40,654 nt of DNA from a virus. Taxonomy: Duplodnaviria > Caudoviricetes. Position numbers and translations under genes: made by a program. Shown one piece after another: positions 1 through 9,471 of the stretch. The stretch lies in the IMG/VR virus record IMGVR_UViG_3300043443_000116, positions 1 through 40,654 of that record, one strand, 5' to 3'. Every line of letters starts with the position of its first letter. Within the stretch, counting starts at the first letter, position 1. The notes beneath the pieces are model-generated. The model had not been told where the DNA came from, did not search any database, and was given only the letters and a program-made list of their open reading frames with translations.

Positions 1-497
1 GAGCTGTTCAAGATATTTGGACAGGCGGAGGTGCCGGTGCAGTCAACCCTATTCTAGGGATGTTTGCTAAAGCACAGAGTGCGTATTATCCTGAGTTTGT
101 TGAACGTCAACGTCTCATCGCTCAAGGTATTGATCCTGACTCTGTTGTTCCTCGTGATGCTGCTTCTGCATCTTATCGATATGCAGGTATTAGTCCTGAT
201 ACGGTTGAAGCTAATCGTGAAGTTGCTTCACTGCTTGGGCGTTACCCTGCTCCTTCTGAAGTTCCTGTAACTCCAGAACCTCAACCAGAATCTTTAGATC
301 GCTCATATCCTGCACCTGTTTATGTAACAGGAGATGAAGGAGTTATATTAGCTCAGTCGTATCCTGTCTCTAGCGGGGGCGGAAGCTACTACACTCCCTC
401 GGAGTCCTATGCAGCCTCTATTGCCTCTGGTTGGAATCCTACAGCAGCTAACTATGTTGGTGGTGTCTACGCTGGTGGTACTAGCGAAGGCGAATAA
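1..497 (+). CDS. 5'-truncated low-complexity (Y/G/S/P-rich) protein; alternative allele of 39506..40243
   Basis: The frame of ORF 60..497 is open back to base 3 (AVQDIWTGGGAGAVNPILG-MFAKAQSAYY...). It lies directly upstream of the same neighbour gene as 39506..40243 and shares AQSAY, PV(T/A)PEP, SSGG and SGW(N/S)P with it. Confidence 0.75.
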   Translation, partial: AVQDIWTGGGAGAVNPILGMFAKAQSAYYPEFVERQRLIAQGIDPDSVVPRDAASASYRYAGISPDTVEANREVASLLGRYPAPSEVPVTPEPQPESLDRSYPAPVYVTGDEGVILAQSYPVSSGGGSYYTPSESYAASIASGWNPTAANYVGGVYAGGTSEGE

Positions 498-498
498 C

Positions 499-908
499 CA
501 TGAGACACTCCATTGGCCTCACAATCCCAGCAGCTACGTTGACTACAATGTTCACTGTTCCTGAAGGCTATGTTGCCGAGGTGGACATGATGTACATTCA
601 CAATAAGTCTGCTACCAATAAGACTATTGATGTTTACTGGCAACACGCTCATGACCCTACGCATCAGATCTACATCCTTGATGACAAGCTCTTGAGCGCT
701 AAAGACTATCTTCAATTCAGTGATGGCACTGTTGTCTTGCAAGCTGGTGATGCTCTGAAAGTCTTGACCGAGACGGGCAGCGACTACACAGTGATTGTCA
801 CCTTTGATCTACGTAAAGAGAAACCACTGTATACCTTCTTGAACGCCTAAGAATAAGGAACTCTTATGAATTACCTTCAGCTAGTTAATTCAGTTCTCCG
901 ACGATTGC
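499..908 (+). repeat. Direct repeat copy 1 of 40245..40654 (offset 39746 bp)
   Basis: Manual alignment gives 13 substitutions before base 782. 782..908 is then identical to 40528..40654 (exactly 127 bp). Confidence 0.95.
500..850 (+). CDS. Hypothetical virion-associated protein (116 aa), copy 1
   Basis: Beta-rich ORF in the tail module. It differs from 40246..40596 by one residue (V/M); 12 of the 13 SNPs are synonymous, which supports coding status. Confidence 0.85.
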   Translation: MRHSIGLTIPAATLTTMFTVPEGYVAEVDMMYIHNKSATNKTIDVYWQHAHDPTHQIYILDDKLLSAKDYLQFSDGTVVLQAGDALKVLTETGSDYTVIVTFDLRKEKPLYTFLNA

Positions 909-1528
909 GGGAGTCAGAAGTGACTACTGTTCAAGGAACTGGTAATAATAACTCTTACGCTCGACTCATTGGTGATTTTGTCAATGAAGCTAAGGCTACT
1001 GTTGAGAGTGCTTGGCAGTGGTTGGCTCTAAAGCAAACGGTGCCTGTAACTCTGGTGTCTGGAACTTCTGAGTATCAGTTGAGTCCTTCCTTCAATGGAT
1101 TCCAACCTGAGATGGTCTACAATGAGACTCAGAAGTGGGAACTTGAAGAGATGCCTCATACGTGGATGATTGAGCAAGTTACCTTTGGTACTAACGACAA
1201 TGCTCCTCCTACACACTTCTCGTATAGTGGCGTAGACAGTGCTACTGGTAACATCAAGGTTACTTTCTTTCCTACGCCTAACGCAGCAGGGAGTGTGAAG
1301 TTCTATGGTACCGTTCGTCCTAGTAATCTTACTGCTGATTCTGATATTCTGCTTGTACCTGAAAGACCAGTGATTCTACTGGCTACTGCGATGGCTCAAG
1401 AGGAACGTGGTGAAGACGCAGGACAGCAGAGCATCAATGCTTATCGTCTTGCTCAGAGTGCTCTGGCTGATGCTATCAGCTTTGATGCTGCCCGACAAAC
1501 TGAAAACACTACTTGGTACGAAAAATGA
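866..1528 (+). CDS. Putative tail tubular protein A / head-tail adaptor
   Basis: 220 aa with RBS TAAGGA. N-terminus MNYLQLVNSVLRRLRE and W-x-W motif resemble podovirus adaptor proteins, and it precedes a ~510 aa nozzle-sized gene. Confidence 0.7.
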   Translation: MNYLQLVNSVLRRLRESEVTTVQGTGNNNSYARLIGDFVNEAKATVESAWQWLALKQTVPVTLVSGTSEYQLSPSFNGFQPEMVYNETQKWELEEMPHTWMIEQVTFGTNDNAPPTHFSYSGVDSATGNIKVTFFPTPNAAGSVKFYGTVRPSNLTADSDILLVPERPVILLATAMAQEERGEDAGQQSINAYRLAQSALADAISFDAARQTENTTWYEK

Positions 1529-3069
1529 AACAGTTGGAAGCAATTAGCGTTGTAGCTCCAGGCTTTGCTGGACTAAACCTCCAAGAAAGTCCTGTTACTC
1601 TTAACTCTACCTACGCTCTGGTTGCAGATAACTGTGTCATTGATAAGTCTGGACGTATTGGCTCTAGGCGTGGGTGGACTCAGAAGACTACTACAGGTAG
1701 TGCTCAGTTGAGTGGGAACTCTATTGAGTTCATCCATGAGCACGTTAATGCTGATGGTTCCTACACTGTGCTCAGTGGTGGTAATAATAAGTTGTTCTCT
1801 GGTGGCATTGGTGCTACTCTGACGGACATTACGCCAGCAGCGTATACTGTTACAGGTAACAACTGGAAAGCTGCTACTCTGTTGGCTCATACGATGCTTG
1901 TGCAGGACGGTCATGAGCCTATCATCTACACAGCAGGGACTGCACAGGACTATGGAACCTTCACTGCCAATACGCCTAACTTTGGCAGTAACACTCTGCG
2001 TGATGTTATTGCAGCTTATGGACGGCTCTGGGCACATGACGGAACTACTGTTTACTGGTCTACTGACATTGCTGATACTATCTTTCCTGAGTTTTATGAT
2101 GGTTCTTCTGGTACTCTGAACATTGCTTCAGTACTGCCTGACAACACTGACACCATCGTAGCCCTTGCTGCTCACAATAACTTCCTGATCATCTTCTGTG
2201 AACGTAACATTGTCATTTACTCAGGTGCTGATGACATCCTGAGCAATACCTTTGCAGTACAAGACATCATCACTGGTGTAGGCTGTATTGCTCGTGACAG
2301 TATCCAGAATACTGGCTCTGATATTATCTTCTTGTCTGACGCTGGTGTACGTAGTCTTGGTCGAGTCATTCAAGAGAAGTCTCTGCCAATGCGTGACTTG
2401 ACGAAGAATGTACGAGATCAGTTCTTGGCTGTTGTACAGAATGAAGTTGACACTAACGGATCACTGAATAAGGTTAAGAGTCTTTACAGTGAACGTCATG
2501 CCTTCTATCTGATTTCCTTCCCAAGCATTGAGCGTGTATACGTTCTAGACATGAGGTCTGCACTTGAGGATGGATCTTCAAGGATCACTAACTGGATTAG
2601 TTACAAAGCTAAAGCATTCTTGCGTAGGCGTAACCGTGATATTCTCTTGGGAATGATTAACGGTATTGGCCTGTACGAAGGATATACTGATAACGGTAGT
2701 CGTTATCGGATGAAATTCTTTACGAATTATCTTGATTTTGGTGCACCAACTGTGCTAAAATTAGTCAAGAAGATTAAAGCTACTGTCTTAGGTGGATCTG
2801 AGCAATCATTTGTGTTTAAGCTAGGGTATGACTACATTGGTAGTTCATTCTCGTTTCCATTCACGATCCCTGAGAATGGCCCTTATGAGTATGGCCTTGA
2901 TGAGTACATGGATGCTCAATACACAGCAGGCATTGCTGTAGAACAGATTAACAGTCCTGGACTAGGCTCTGGTAATCTAATCCAGATTGGTTTTGAATGT
3001 AACGTTGATGGTTCTCCTGTCAGTGTACAGAAGGTAGACCTCTTTGTGAAAACTGGTAAACTATCCTAA
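1525..3069 (+). CDS. Putative tail nozzle (tubular protein B / P22 gp10-like)
   Basis: ATG at 1525 overlaps the upstream stop (ATGA). Beta-propeller-like composition, GVGCIARDSI motif, and appropriate size and position. Confidence 0.7.
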   Translation: MKQLEAISVVAPGFAGLNLQESPVTLNSTYALVADNCVIDKSGRIGSRRGWTQKTTTGSAQLSGNSIEFIHEHVNADGSYTVLSGGNNKLFSGGIGATLTDITPAAYTVTGNNWKAATLLAHTMLVQDGHEPIIYTAGTAQDYGTFTANTPNFGSNTLRDVIAAYGRLWAHDGTTVYWSTDIADTIFPEFYDGSSGTLNIASVLPDNTDTIVALAAHNNFLIIFCERNIVIYSGADDILSNTFAVQDIITGVGCIARDSIQNTGSDIIFLSDAGVRSLGRVIQEKSLPMRDLTKNVRDQFLAVVQNEVDTNGSLNKVKSLYSERHAFYLISFPSIERVYVLDMRSALEDGSSRITNWISYKAKAFLRRRNRDILLGMINGIGLYEGYTDNGSRYRMKFFTNYLDFGAPTVLKLVKKIKATVLGGSEQSFVFKLGYDYIGSSFSFPFTIPENGPYEYGLDEYMDAQYTAGIAVEQINSPGLGSGNLIQIGFECNVDGSPVSVQKVDLFVKTGKLS

Positions 3070-3081
3070 CGAGGAACTATA

Positions 3082-3270
3082 ATGACAGACTACGTAAAAC
3101 TCACGGATTTCAGTACCAAAGATGCTCTGCCTTCTGGTGATCCTAGTAAGGTTGTTAAAGGTACTGAGATTGACGATGAATTTGACGCTATTGAGACTGC
3201 TATTGCCACCAAAGCTGATGTCATCGGTGGTGAGCTTGAGAACATTGTCGTCAACGGTGGAACTTACTAA
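3082..3270 (+). CDS. Small tail-associated protein (62 aa)
   Basis: RBS GAGGA. The KGTEIDDEFDAIETAI motif is typical of podovirus fibre/needle N-termini. Confidence 0.65.
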   Translation: MTDYVKLTDFSTKDALPSGDPSKVVKGTEIDDEFDAIETAIATKADVIGGELENIVVNGGTY

Positions 3271-3279
3271 GGAATAAAC

Positions 3280-4074
3280 ATGGCTGATGGAACTCCTTTT
3301 GATTGGGGCAATGCTTTTAGTACTGGTTTGAATCTCTTCGGAGCATACCAGCAACAACAAGCTGCTAAAGATCAGGCACAGGCTCTAAACAATCTAGGTG
3401 CTCAGGCAGCATCAATGACTGAATTCAAGCCTTACTCTGTGACATCTGGTTACGGTACTGGCTACTTTGATACAGCTAAGCAACAAGCTGGTTATGCTCT
3501 TAACCCTGTCTTAGAAGCCTTCCGTAATCAGTTCTACGGCGGTGCTGGTAATGTCCTTGGACAGATCAACCTTGATCCTACGAAGGCTGCTGAGCAGTAC
3601 GTAACTCAACAACAAGCACTGTTACAGCCTACTCGACAGGCTGAAGACATTGCTCTACGTAATCAGCAGCTTAATCGTGGGCGTATTGGCTTGGGTGTCT
3701 CTGGTACTGCTATGGGCGCTGGTGGTGCTGGTATGGTCAATCCTGAACAATATCAACGTGATCTTGCTCGTGCTCGTGCGGATCAAGAACTGGCTACCCG
3801 TGCTCAAGAGTACGGTCAAGCTGACATTGATCGCTTGATTGGTCGCGGTCAGGGTCTGTTCCAGTTTGGCGCTGGTATTGAAGAACTTGGTCTGAAGCCT
3901 TTGACCTTGGGTGCTGACCTTGGCAAGGCTGTTAGCACTGCTGGTGCCGCTGGTGCTGGGGGCCTCCTGAGTGCTGGTCAGTCCGCTGCTGCTGCTAACC
4001 TGTTGGCCGCTAAACAACAAGCTAATCTGTACGCTAATGCCGGACAAGCCCTTGGCGGCATGTTCGGACGTTAA
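3280..4074 (+). CDS. Putative DNA ejection (internal virion) protein
   Basis: 264 aa, A/G/Q-rich and helical, with glycine-rich hydrophobic ends. First of three genes after the tail genes. Confidence 0.6.
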   Translation: MADGTPFDWGNAFSTGLNLFGAYQQQQAAKDQAQALNNLGAQAASMTEFKPYSVTSGYGTGYFDTAKQQAGYALNPVLEAFRNQFYGGAGNVLGQINLDPTKAAEQYVTQQQALLQPTRQAEDIALRNQQLNRGRIGLGVSGTAMGAGGAGMVNPEQYQRDLARARADQELATRAQEYGQADIDRLIGRGQGLFQFGAGIEELGLKPLTLGADLGKAVSTAGAAGAGGLLSAGQSAAAANLLAAKQQANLYANAGQALGGMFGR

Positions 4075-4083
4075 GGAGTAACT

Positions 4084-5319
4084 ATGGCTACTACTGGAAT
4101 GTTTGATTGGAACCCTAAGAGCCAACTTCAGCTTCAACAAGAGTATCTTCAAGGCATCATTGGTGATAATGCTGATGTAAGTGCTCGCTTGGGTGCCAAT
4201 ATTGGCTATGGTCTTGGTCGTATGTTCGGAGGACAGACTGCACAGGAAGCTGAGCAGAACATCATGAAGGATGTGTTCTCTCAAGCTGCTCAAGAGCAAG
4301 ATCCTGTGAAGCGACTACAGACTGCTGCGGCTCTCTTCAGGCAGAAGGGCATGGAAGGACGGGCTCAGCAGCTTGAGGCTCAAGCGATGAACATGGTTAA
4401 GTCTCAGCAAGACTTGACGCTGGGCGGTATGAACATTCAATCTCTTATTGATGAGCGTAATGCCCGCGTTCAAGCAGGTAAGGATAAAGCAGCAGCTACA
4501 GAGGAAGCACTTACTCAACGTAAGAAACTTGCTTCTGTTGTGCAGCGTAAGATTCCTGACTTGAGTGCAGAAGAAGCTGAAGCACTGGTTGTAACTCAAC
4601 CTGATACTGTTAAAGACCTGCTTAAAACTGCTAAGGTAGACACAGAAGTGGTTGACGCTAATGGGCGTAAACTGCTTATTAACAAAACTACTGGAGCCAC
4701 TATTGCTGACCTCGGTGCAGCTAAGAAGGGTGGTATTGGTGCTGATATTGCAGAAGGACTTGCTCCTCTGGTCGGCGCTATCTCTGCTAAGAAAGCTGCT
4801 GAAGGCTTTGGGTCTAAGTACGGACAACTTACAGGTGAACAAGCTGCTCAAGTTGACGGTAAATATGTTGCTCTTGATAACATCCAAGAGGCTAAAAATA
4901 TGCTTAAGGGCGGCATTTATGCAGGACAGTGGGGGCCTGAGAAACTGCTAGCAGCTAAGGCAACAGGCGGTATGCTTGGTGATCAGAAGACTGTTGAAAA
5001 TACTGAACAATTCCTTTCGTATGTTGGTAACATTGTTATCCCTCGTTTGAAGGAATTTGGTGGTAACGATTCTGAACAAGAATTGAAGTTTTTGCAGAGT
5101 GTTATGGCAGGCAACCAGCGTCTTGAACCTAAGTCAATGGAACGTATCTTGACTTCTGCTGAGAAAGCTATTAACCGTGGTCTTGAACGCCTTAAGCGAC
5201 AAGCTGGAAGTATTGCTGAAGGCACAGCTCCTCCTCTGGACGCAGGCCCTTCACGTTCTCAGCCTAAGCCCACGATGCGCTTTAATACCGCTACTGGAAA
5301 ACTTGAAAAGGTGCAATAA
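4084..5319 (+). CDS. Putative DNA ejection (internal virion) protein
   Basis: 411 aa, A/Q/K-rich and helical, RBS AAGGAG, position in the module. Confidence 0.6.
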   Translation: MATTGMFDWNPKSQLQLQQEYLQGIIGDNADVSARLGANIGYGLGRMFGGQTAQEAEQNIMKDVFSQAAQEQDPVKRLQTAAALFRQKGMEGRAQQLEAQAMNMVKSQQDLTLGGMNIQSLIDERNARVQAGKDKAAATEEALTQRKKLASVVQRKIPDLSAEEAEALVVTQPDTVKDLLKTAKVDTEVVDANGRKLLINKTTGATIADLGAAKKGGIGADIAEGLAPLVGAISAKKAAEGFGSKYGQLTGEQAAQVDGKYVALDNIQEAKNMLKGGIYAGQWGPEKLLAAKATGGMLGDQKTVENTEQFLSYVGNIVIPRLKEFGGNDSEQELKFLQSVMAGNQRLEPKSMERILTSAEKAINRGLERLKRQAGSIAEGTAPPLDAGPSRSQPKPTMRFNTATGKLEKVQ

Positions 5320-6863
5320 TGCCTAAGTACATTGAAGTTGGACAGGATGTAATCGAATTTCCTGATAACATGTCCGATTCTGATATTGAGACAGTGTTAT
5401 CTGCTCAATTTGGAGGAACTAAGAAAGAAGAACTTAAGCCTGCTCCCGCTCAACGTACTTCTTCAGTCTGGGAAGAAGCAGGACGACAACTAGGCTTGAC
5501 AGCCCGTGCTGGACTGACAGGTCTTACGAGTCTTCCTGCTATGCTAGCAGAGCCTATTGTCTACGGTGTCAATAAGATTGCTGGTAGACAAATCCTTCCT
5601 TCTCAGCAGGCTGCTGTACAGAACCTTCTGACTCAGATGGGTCTTCCAGAGCCTCAAGGACGGCTTGAAAGGGCTGTACAGGCAGGCACTGCTGCAATGG
5701 CTGATGTTGGTGGACAAGCTAGGCTTGCTGCTAAGGCTGGTACTGAGATGCTACGTCCTCTGACGCAAGCATTGCCTCAACAGATTGCTTCAGCAGGCGC
5801 AGCAGGCACGGCAGCACAGGCTACAGCAGAGCGGGCACAGGAGGTTGGATATTCTCCTTTGCAGACAGCAGCAGCTACTTTGGCTGTAGGAACTCTGGCG
5901 GGTCTTACAGGAGCTAAGGCTGCTCGTGTGGCTCAAAAGGAACCTATTGTTCCTGTGTCTATGGATGAAGTTAAGCTAGATGCTCAACGTGCTTATACGC
6001 GGGTTGACAATGCAGGCATTAACGTTAAGCCTAAGCCTGTGCTTGACACTATTGATAGCATTGAAGCAAACCTAGTTAATAACTCTAACTTTAATCCGTT
6101 GCTAGATTCGCATAAGCCTGTTAAAACAGTGCTGGATCAAATGCGACAGATGGTAGGAACTACTCGGGTGTCTTTTGCTAAGATGGATCAACTCCGTCAA
6201 GCAGCTAATGACCTTGCACGAGAAAGTAAAGATCCTGCTACTCGTAGGCTTGCTTCCCAAGTAGTTGCTGGTATTGACGATAAGATCACTTCTCTGCAAC
6301 CTACTGATCTCATTACAGGTAAGAACAGTATTGCTTCTGCTCTGGATGACATTAAAGAAGCTCGTGACTCTTGGCGTAAAGTCTCTAAAGCTGGTCTTCT
6401 TGAAGATGCTTTGAATGTTGCTGAAGCACGGGCACTAGATCCTAAGACATCTGAGGGTGAGCTTATTCGTAATCAGTTCAAGCTCTTGGCAGCTAACAAG
6501 AACAAGATGCGTCTATTCACCAAAGATGAACAAGAAGCTATTCGACGTATTGTTAGTGGGCAAGGTCTTGAGAAGCTGTTGTCTTTTTCTGCTCGCTTTA
6601 ACCCGGAACGTAGTCAACTAGCAGCCGGGAGCCAGCTTGCGGTAGGAGCACTTATGAGTCCTGGAGCAGCCCTTACTATGGCAGGTATCGGTTTTGCGTC
6701 TGATAGAACATTGGCGTATATTCAGCGTAAAGCAGCACAGGATGTCATCTCTGGTATCCTTTCAGGTAGTATTGCTCCTCCGCCTTCCAAGGCTGCATGG
6801 CGTTCACTCATTGAAGCTCGTATGCGTGAAGTCAGTACTGAACCAGTGCAAACTGAAGAGTAA
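5319..6863 (+). CDS. Putative large DNA ejection protein
   Basis: 514 aa. N-terminal IEFPDNMSDSDIETVL motif and Ala/Gly-rich segments as in P22-type ejection proteins; coupled to the upstream gene (TAATG). Confidence 0.6.
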   Translation: MPKYIEVGQDVIEFPDNMSDSDIETVLSAQFGGTKKEELKPAPAQRTSSVWEEAGRQLGLTARAGLTGLTSLPAMLAEPIVYGVNKIAGRQILPSQQAAVQNLLTQMGLPEPQGRLERAVQAGTAAMADVGGQARLAAKAGTEMLRPLTQALPQQIASAGAAGTAAQATAERAQEVGYSPLQTAAATLAVGTLAGLTGAKAARVAQKEPIVPVSMDEVKLDAQRAYTRVDNAGINVKPKPVLDTIDSIEANLVNNSNFNPLLDSHKPVKTVLDQMRQMVGTTRVSFAKMDQLRQAANDLARESKDPATRRLASQVVAGIDDKITSLQPTDLITGKNSIASALDDIKEARDSWRKVSKAGLLEDALNVAEARALDPKTSEGELIRNQFKLLAANKNKMRLFTKDEQEAIRRIVSGQGLEKLLSFSARFNPERSQLAAGSQLAVGALMSPGAALTMAGIGFASDRTLAYIQRKAAQDVISGILSGSIAPPPSKAAWRSLIEARMREVSTEPVQTEE

Positions 6864-6864
6864 C

Positions 6865-7290
6865 ATGAAGCCCCAACTCTTACGCCAACTACAACGTGAC
6901 GAAGGCTTCAAAGAACATGCCTACCAAGACCACTTAGGTTACTGGACAATAGGCTTTGGTCGTCTCATTGATGAACGCAAGGGAGGTCATATCACTCTTG
7001 AGGAAGGGCTCTTCCTTCTCAATAATGACATTGACGAGAAGACTGAAGAGCTACTCAAGAGACTCCCTTGGGTGAATGACTTAGATGATGCTCGTAAAGG
7101 AGCCCTAGTCAACATGGCTTTCCAGATGGGCGTAGATGGACTGTTGAAGTTTAAGAATACTCTGGAGCTTATCAAGAACGGTAAGTACAAGGAAGCCTCT
7201 GATGCCATGCTTGACAGCCTATGGGCAAAGCAGACACCTAACAGGGCATCTAGGCTTTCTGCTCAAATGAAGACAGGAGAGTGGGTATGA
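6865..7290 (+). CDS. Endolysin, GH24 (T4-type) lysozyme
   Basis: Start at ATG 6865 (MKPQLL...). Catalytic pattern DEG-x7-D-x2-GYWTIGFG, plus ALVNMAFQMG and SLWAKQTPNRA motifs. Confidence 0.92.
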   Translation: MKPQLLRQLQRDEGFKEHAYQDHLGYWTIGFGRLIDERKGGHITLEEGLFLLNNDIDEKTEELLKRLPWVNDLDDARKGALVNMAFQMGVDGLLKFKNTLELIKNGKYKEASDAMLDSLWAKQTPNRASRLSAQMKTGEWV

Positions 7291-7673
7291 GTTTAGATCC
7301 TGTAACTGCTGTGCTGGATATTGGTAAGACAGTCATTGATCGTATCTGGCCTAACAAGACTGAACAAGAGAAGGCTGAGTTGGCCGCTGCGCTGTCCATC
7401 GTGCAGTCTCAGCTTGAGATCAACAAAGCTGAAGCTAGTAACGCTAGTGTATTCGTTAGTGGCTGGAGACCTGCTATTGGGTGGGTCTGCGGTGCTGGCT
7501 GTGCATGGAACTGGGTAGGACTTCCAATGGCTAAGTTTGCTCTAGATCTTCTAGGTAAACCTATCATGCTTAGTCCTGCTGATTTGTCTGAGATGATGCC
7601 TTTGTTGCTAGGTATGCTAGGCTTAGGTGGTCTCAGGACTGTAGAAAAGATTAACAAGGTTGCATCTAAATAA
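7287..7673 (+). CDS. Holin (3TM, gene-transfer-agent holin-like)
   Basis: EINKAEA...[13 protein letters not shown] and [15 protein letters not shown] motifs, hydrophobic segments, ATGA overlap with the lysozyme. Confidence 0.85.
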   Translation: MSLDPVTAVLDIGKTVIDRIWPNKTEQEKAELAAALSIVQSQLEINKAEASNASVFVSGWRPAIGWVCGAGCAWNWVGLPMAKFALDLLGKPIMLSPADLSEMMPLLLGMLGLGGLRTVEKINKVASK

Positions 7674-7683
7674 GGAGTACGTT

Positions 7684-7830
7684 ATGCCTCTCAAGAAAGG
7701 TTCTTCACAGAAGGTTATCTCAAGTAATATCAAGACTGAGATGAAGGCAGGACGCTCCGCTGGTAAGCCTCAGAAGCAAGCTATTGCGATTGCTTTGTCG
7801 AAGGCGGGTAAAGCTAAGAAGAAACAGTAA
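7684..7830 (+). CDS. Small basic protein (48 aa), not in the ORF track
   Basis: RBS TAAGGAG. Translates as [48 protein letters not shown], a type of Lys-rich peptide common in phage late regions. Confidence 0.8.
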   Translation: MPLKKGSSQKVISSNIKTEMKAGRSAGKPQKQAIAIALSKAGKAKKKQ

Positions 7831-7925
7831 TGTATCCTATTGTGTACATAACTGGCAGTTTTGTCTAAAATAGTATACAAAGATAGAACATCCTAACGAA
7901 AGCTAGAATAGAAGGAATAAACATT

Positions 7926-9461
7926 ATGGCAATGACTAAGGCTAAGAGTAAACAGATTACTCATCAAATCAGTGGCGGCTCTACGGTAAGTCTTTATGAT
8001 AAGCTAAGTGAGAGTGTGTCTGTTAAGGACTTTGGTGCCGTTGGTGATGGTGTGACCGATGACACGGCTGCGATTCAAGCTGCGATCAACTACGGCGGCA
8101 AGGTGCGGCTGATTGACAACGCCACGCACAAAGTGAGCGCCGTCTTAAATCTGGACATCTCTCTTGCGTCCCTTATCGGCAACGGCTCCGTAATTGATGG
8201 CTCTTCTAGTTCTACGGGCGTGCTGAACGTTTACTCAAGCGCAAGTTATGGAGCGACGCGTTTGGAGAGAAACTGGACGCACTGGATTGAGGGTGTTTCA
8301 TTCAAGGGTAGCAAGACCACGGGGTTCCTTTTGGTCAAAGTTGGTCACGCAACTTACGATAGCAACGCCGAGATCACATTCCGCAACTGCTCGTTCCGCA
8401 ACGCTGGCAAACTGGTTCAATTCATCGACAACGCTTGGCGCGTCAATTTCGATCACTGCGGCTTTGAATCCCCAGAGGACAACTACCTGTACTTCAATTC
8501 TGGAGCGAACGCAGGCGAAGTGATGCTATTTTCCCATTGCTGGTTTGTTGATGGGACCACCGCTTACATCTACCTTAAAGAAGGGCAATGGTTCTTTGAC
8601 CATTGCTCTTTCCCTGGCGGTGGCATTGGTGGGATGCAGGTGCTTGGCTCTGCACATGTCGTACTGAGCGGATGCAACCTAGAAGTGCAGCCTGATGTTG
8701 CGAATCAGAGAATTTTGGAAGGCTACGAGTCTTCGCTCATTGTTTTGGATGGATGCACAGTATCTACAAACGGAGGCGAAGCAGACCGCGCCCTGTTCTT
8801 GATTCAAAATTCATGCGGTCTGCGAGTTATTAACTCAACACTTCCGTTATACGGGAACGATTTGAGGTCAGAGACTACTGATGGCCGCAGAGAGCTTGTG
8901 GCTGGTGGTTCACCTTACATTGTGTGCGCGAACAACTATGTGAAGGGGACTGGCGTAGCAGGTCGAACTGACTGGGCCGTGTTCTCTCACCTAAACAATA
9001 TCCTGTACAACGACGGCGGAGAGACTGGCAATACGACAGGGTGGTCTGCATCCGCATATGGCGCCGCCGGATCTGTTTTTAGTAGTGTCACGACTTATCC
9101 AAAAATCGGATCACGGTGTTTCTTGGCGGACTGCGTTGCAAATGGTGGCATCGCGGTGACGCAGACGTTATCTGGGGCATCACAGTACGTTGGTCGAACA
9201 GCAGTGTTTGGGATGTGGGCGAAAGCCGATGGCGGGACTGGAGTTGTTGACTATCCGAGGATCAAGTTCCTTGACGCATCAAGCGCTTTAATTTCGGAAT
9301 CAAGTATTTCTGTAAATGCGACAGATACCGACTGGACCTGGATCGGGAGTTTTTCAGTAGTTCCTCCAGGCACCGACAAGATTGTGTTTGAGATCGGCGG
9401 GCAGCAGCAGGTAGGTGCCCACAAAATCTATTACGACGACATCATCGTCAATGTCATTTGA
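7926..9461 (+). CDS. Tailspike 2 (beta-helix depolymerase-like, C-terminal carbohydrate-binding-like domain)
   Basis: SVKDFGAVGDGVTDDTAAIQAAI (pectate-lyase-3-like entry motif) follows only ~30 N-terminal residues. Beta-helix-like repeats follow, and NILYNDGGETGNTTGW resembles the start of a CBM. Confidence 0.85.
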   Translation: MAMTKAKSKQITHQISGGSTVSLYDKLSESVSVKDFGAVGDGVTDDTAAIQAAINYGGKVRLIDNATHKVSAVLNLDISLASLIGNGSVIDGSSSSTGVLNVYSSASYGATRLERNWTHWIEGVSFKGSKTTGFLLVKVGHATYDSNAEITFRNCSFRNAGKLVQFIDNAWRVNFDHCGFESPEDNYLYFNSGANAGEVMLFSHCWFVDGTTAYIYLKEGQWFFDHCSFPGGGIGGMQVLGSAHVVLSGCNLEVQPDVANQRILEGYESSLIVLDGCTVSTNGGEADRALFLIQNSCGLRVINSTLPLYGNDLRSETTDGRRELVAGGSPYIVCANNYVKGTGVAGRTDWAVFSHLNNILYNDGGETGNTTGWSASAYGAAGSVFSSVTTYPKIGSRCFLADCVANGGIAVTQTLSGASQYVGRTAVFGMWAKADGGTGVVDYPRIKFLDASSALISESSISVNATDTDWTWIGSFSVVPPGTDKIVFEIGGQQQVGAHKIYYDDIIVNVI

Positions 9462-9471
9462 TGGAAGCGCC

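Noticed and set aside
6694-6864. N-terminal extension of the lysozyme in the ORF track
   Set aside because: It overlaps the upstream gene; the GH24 domain begins at ATG 6865.
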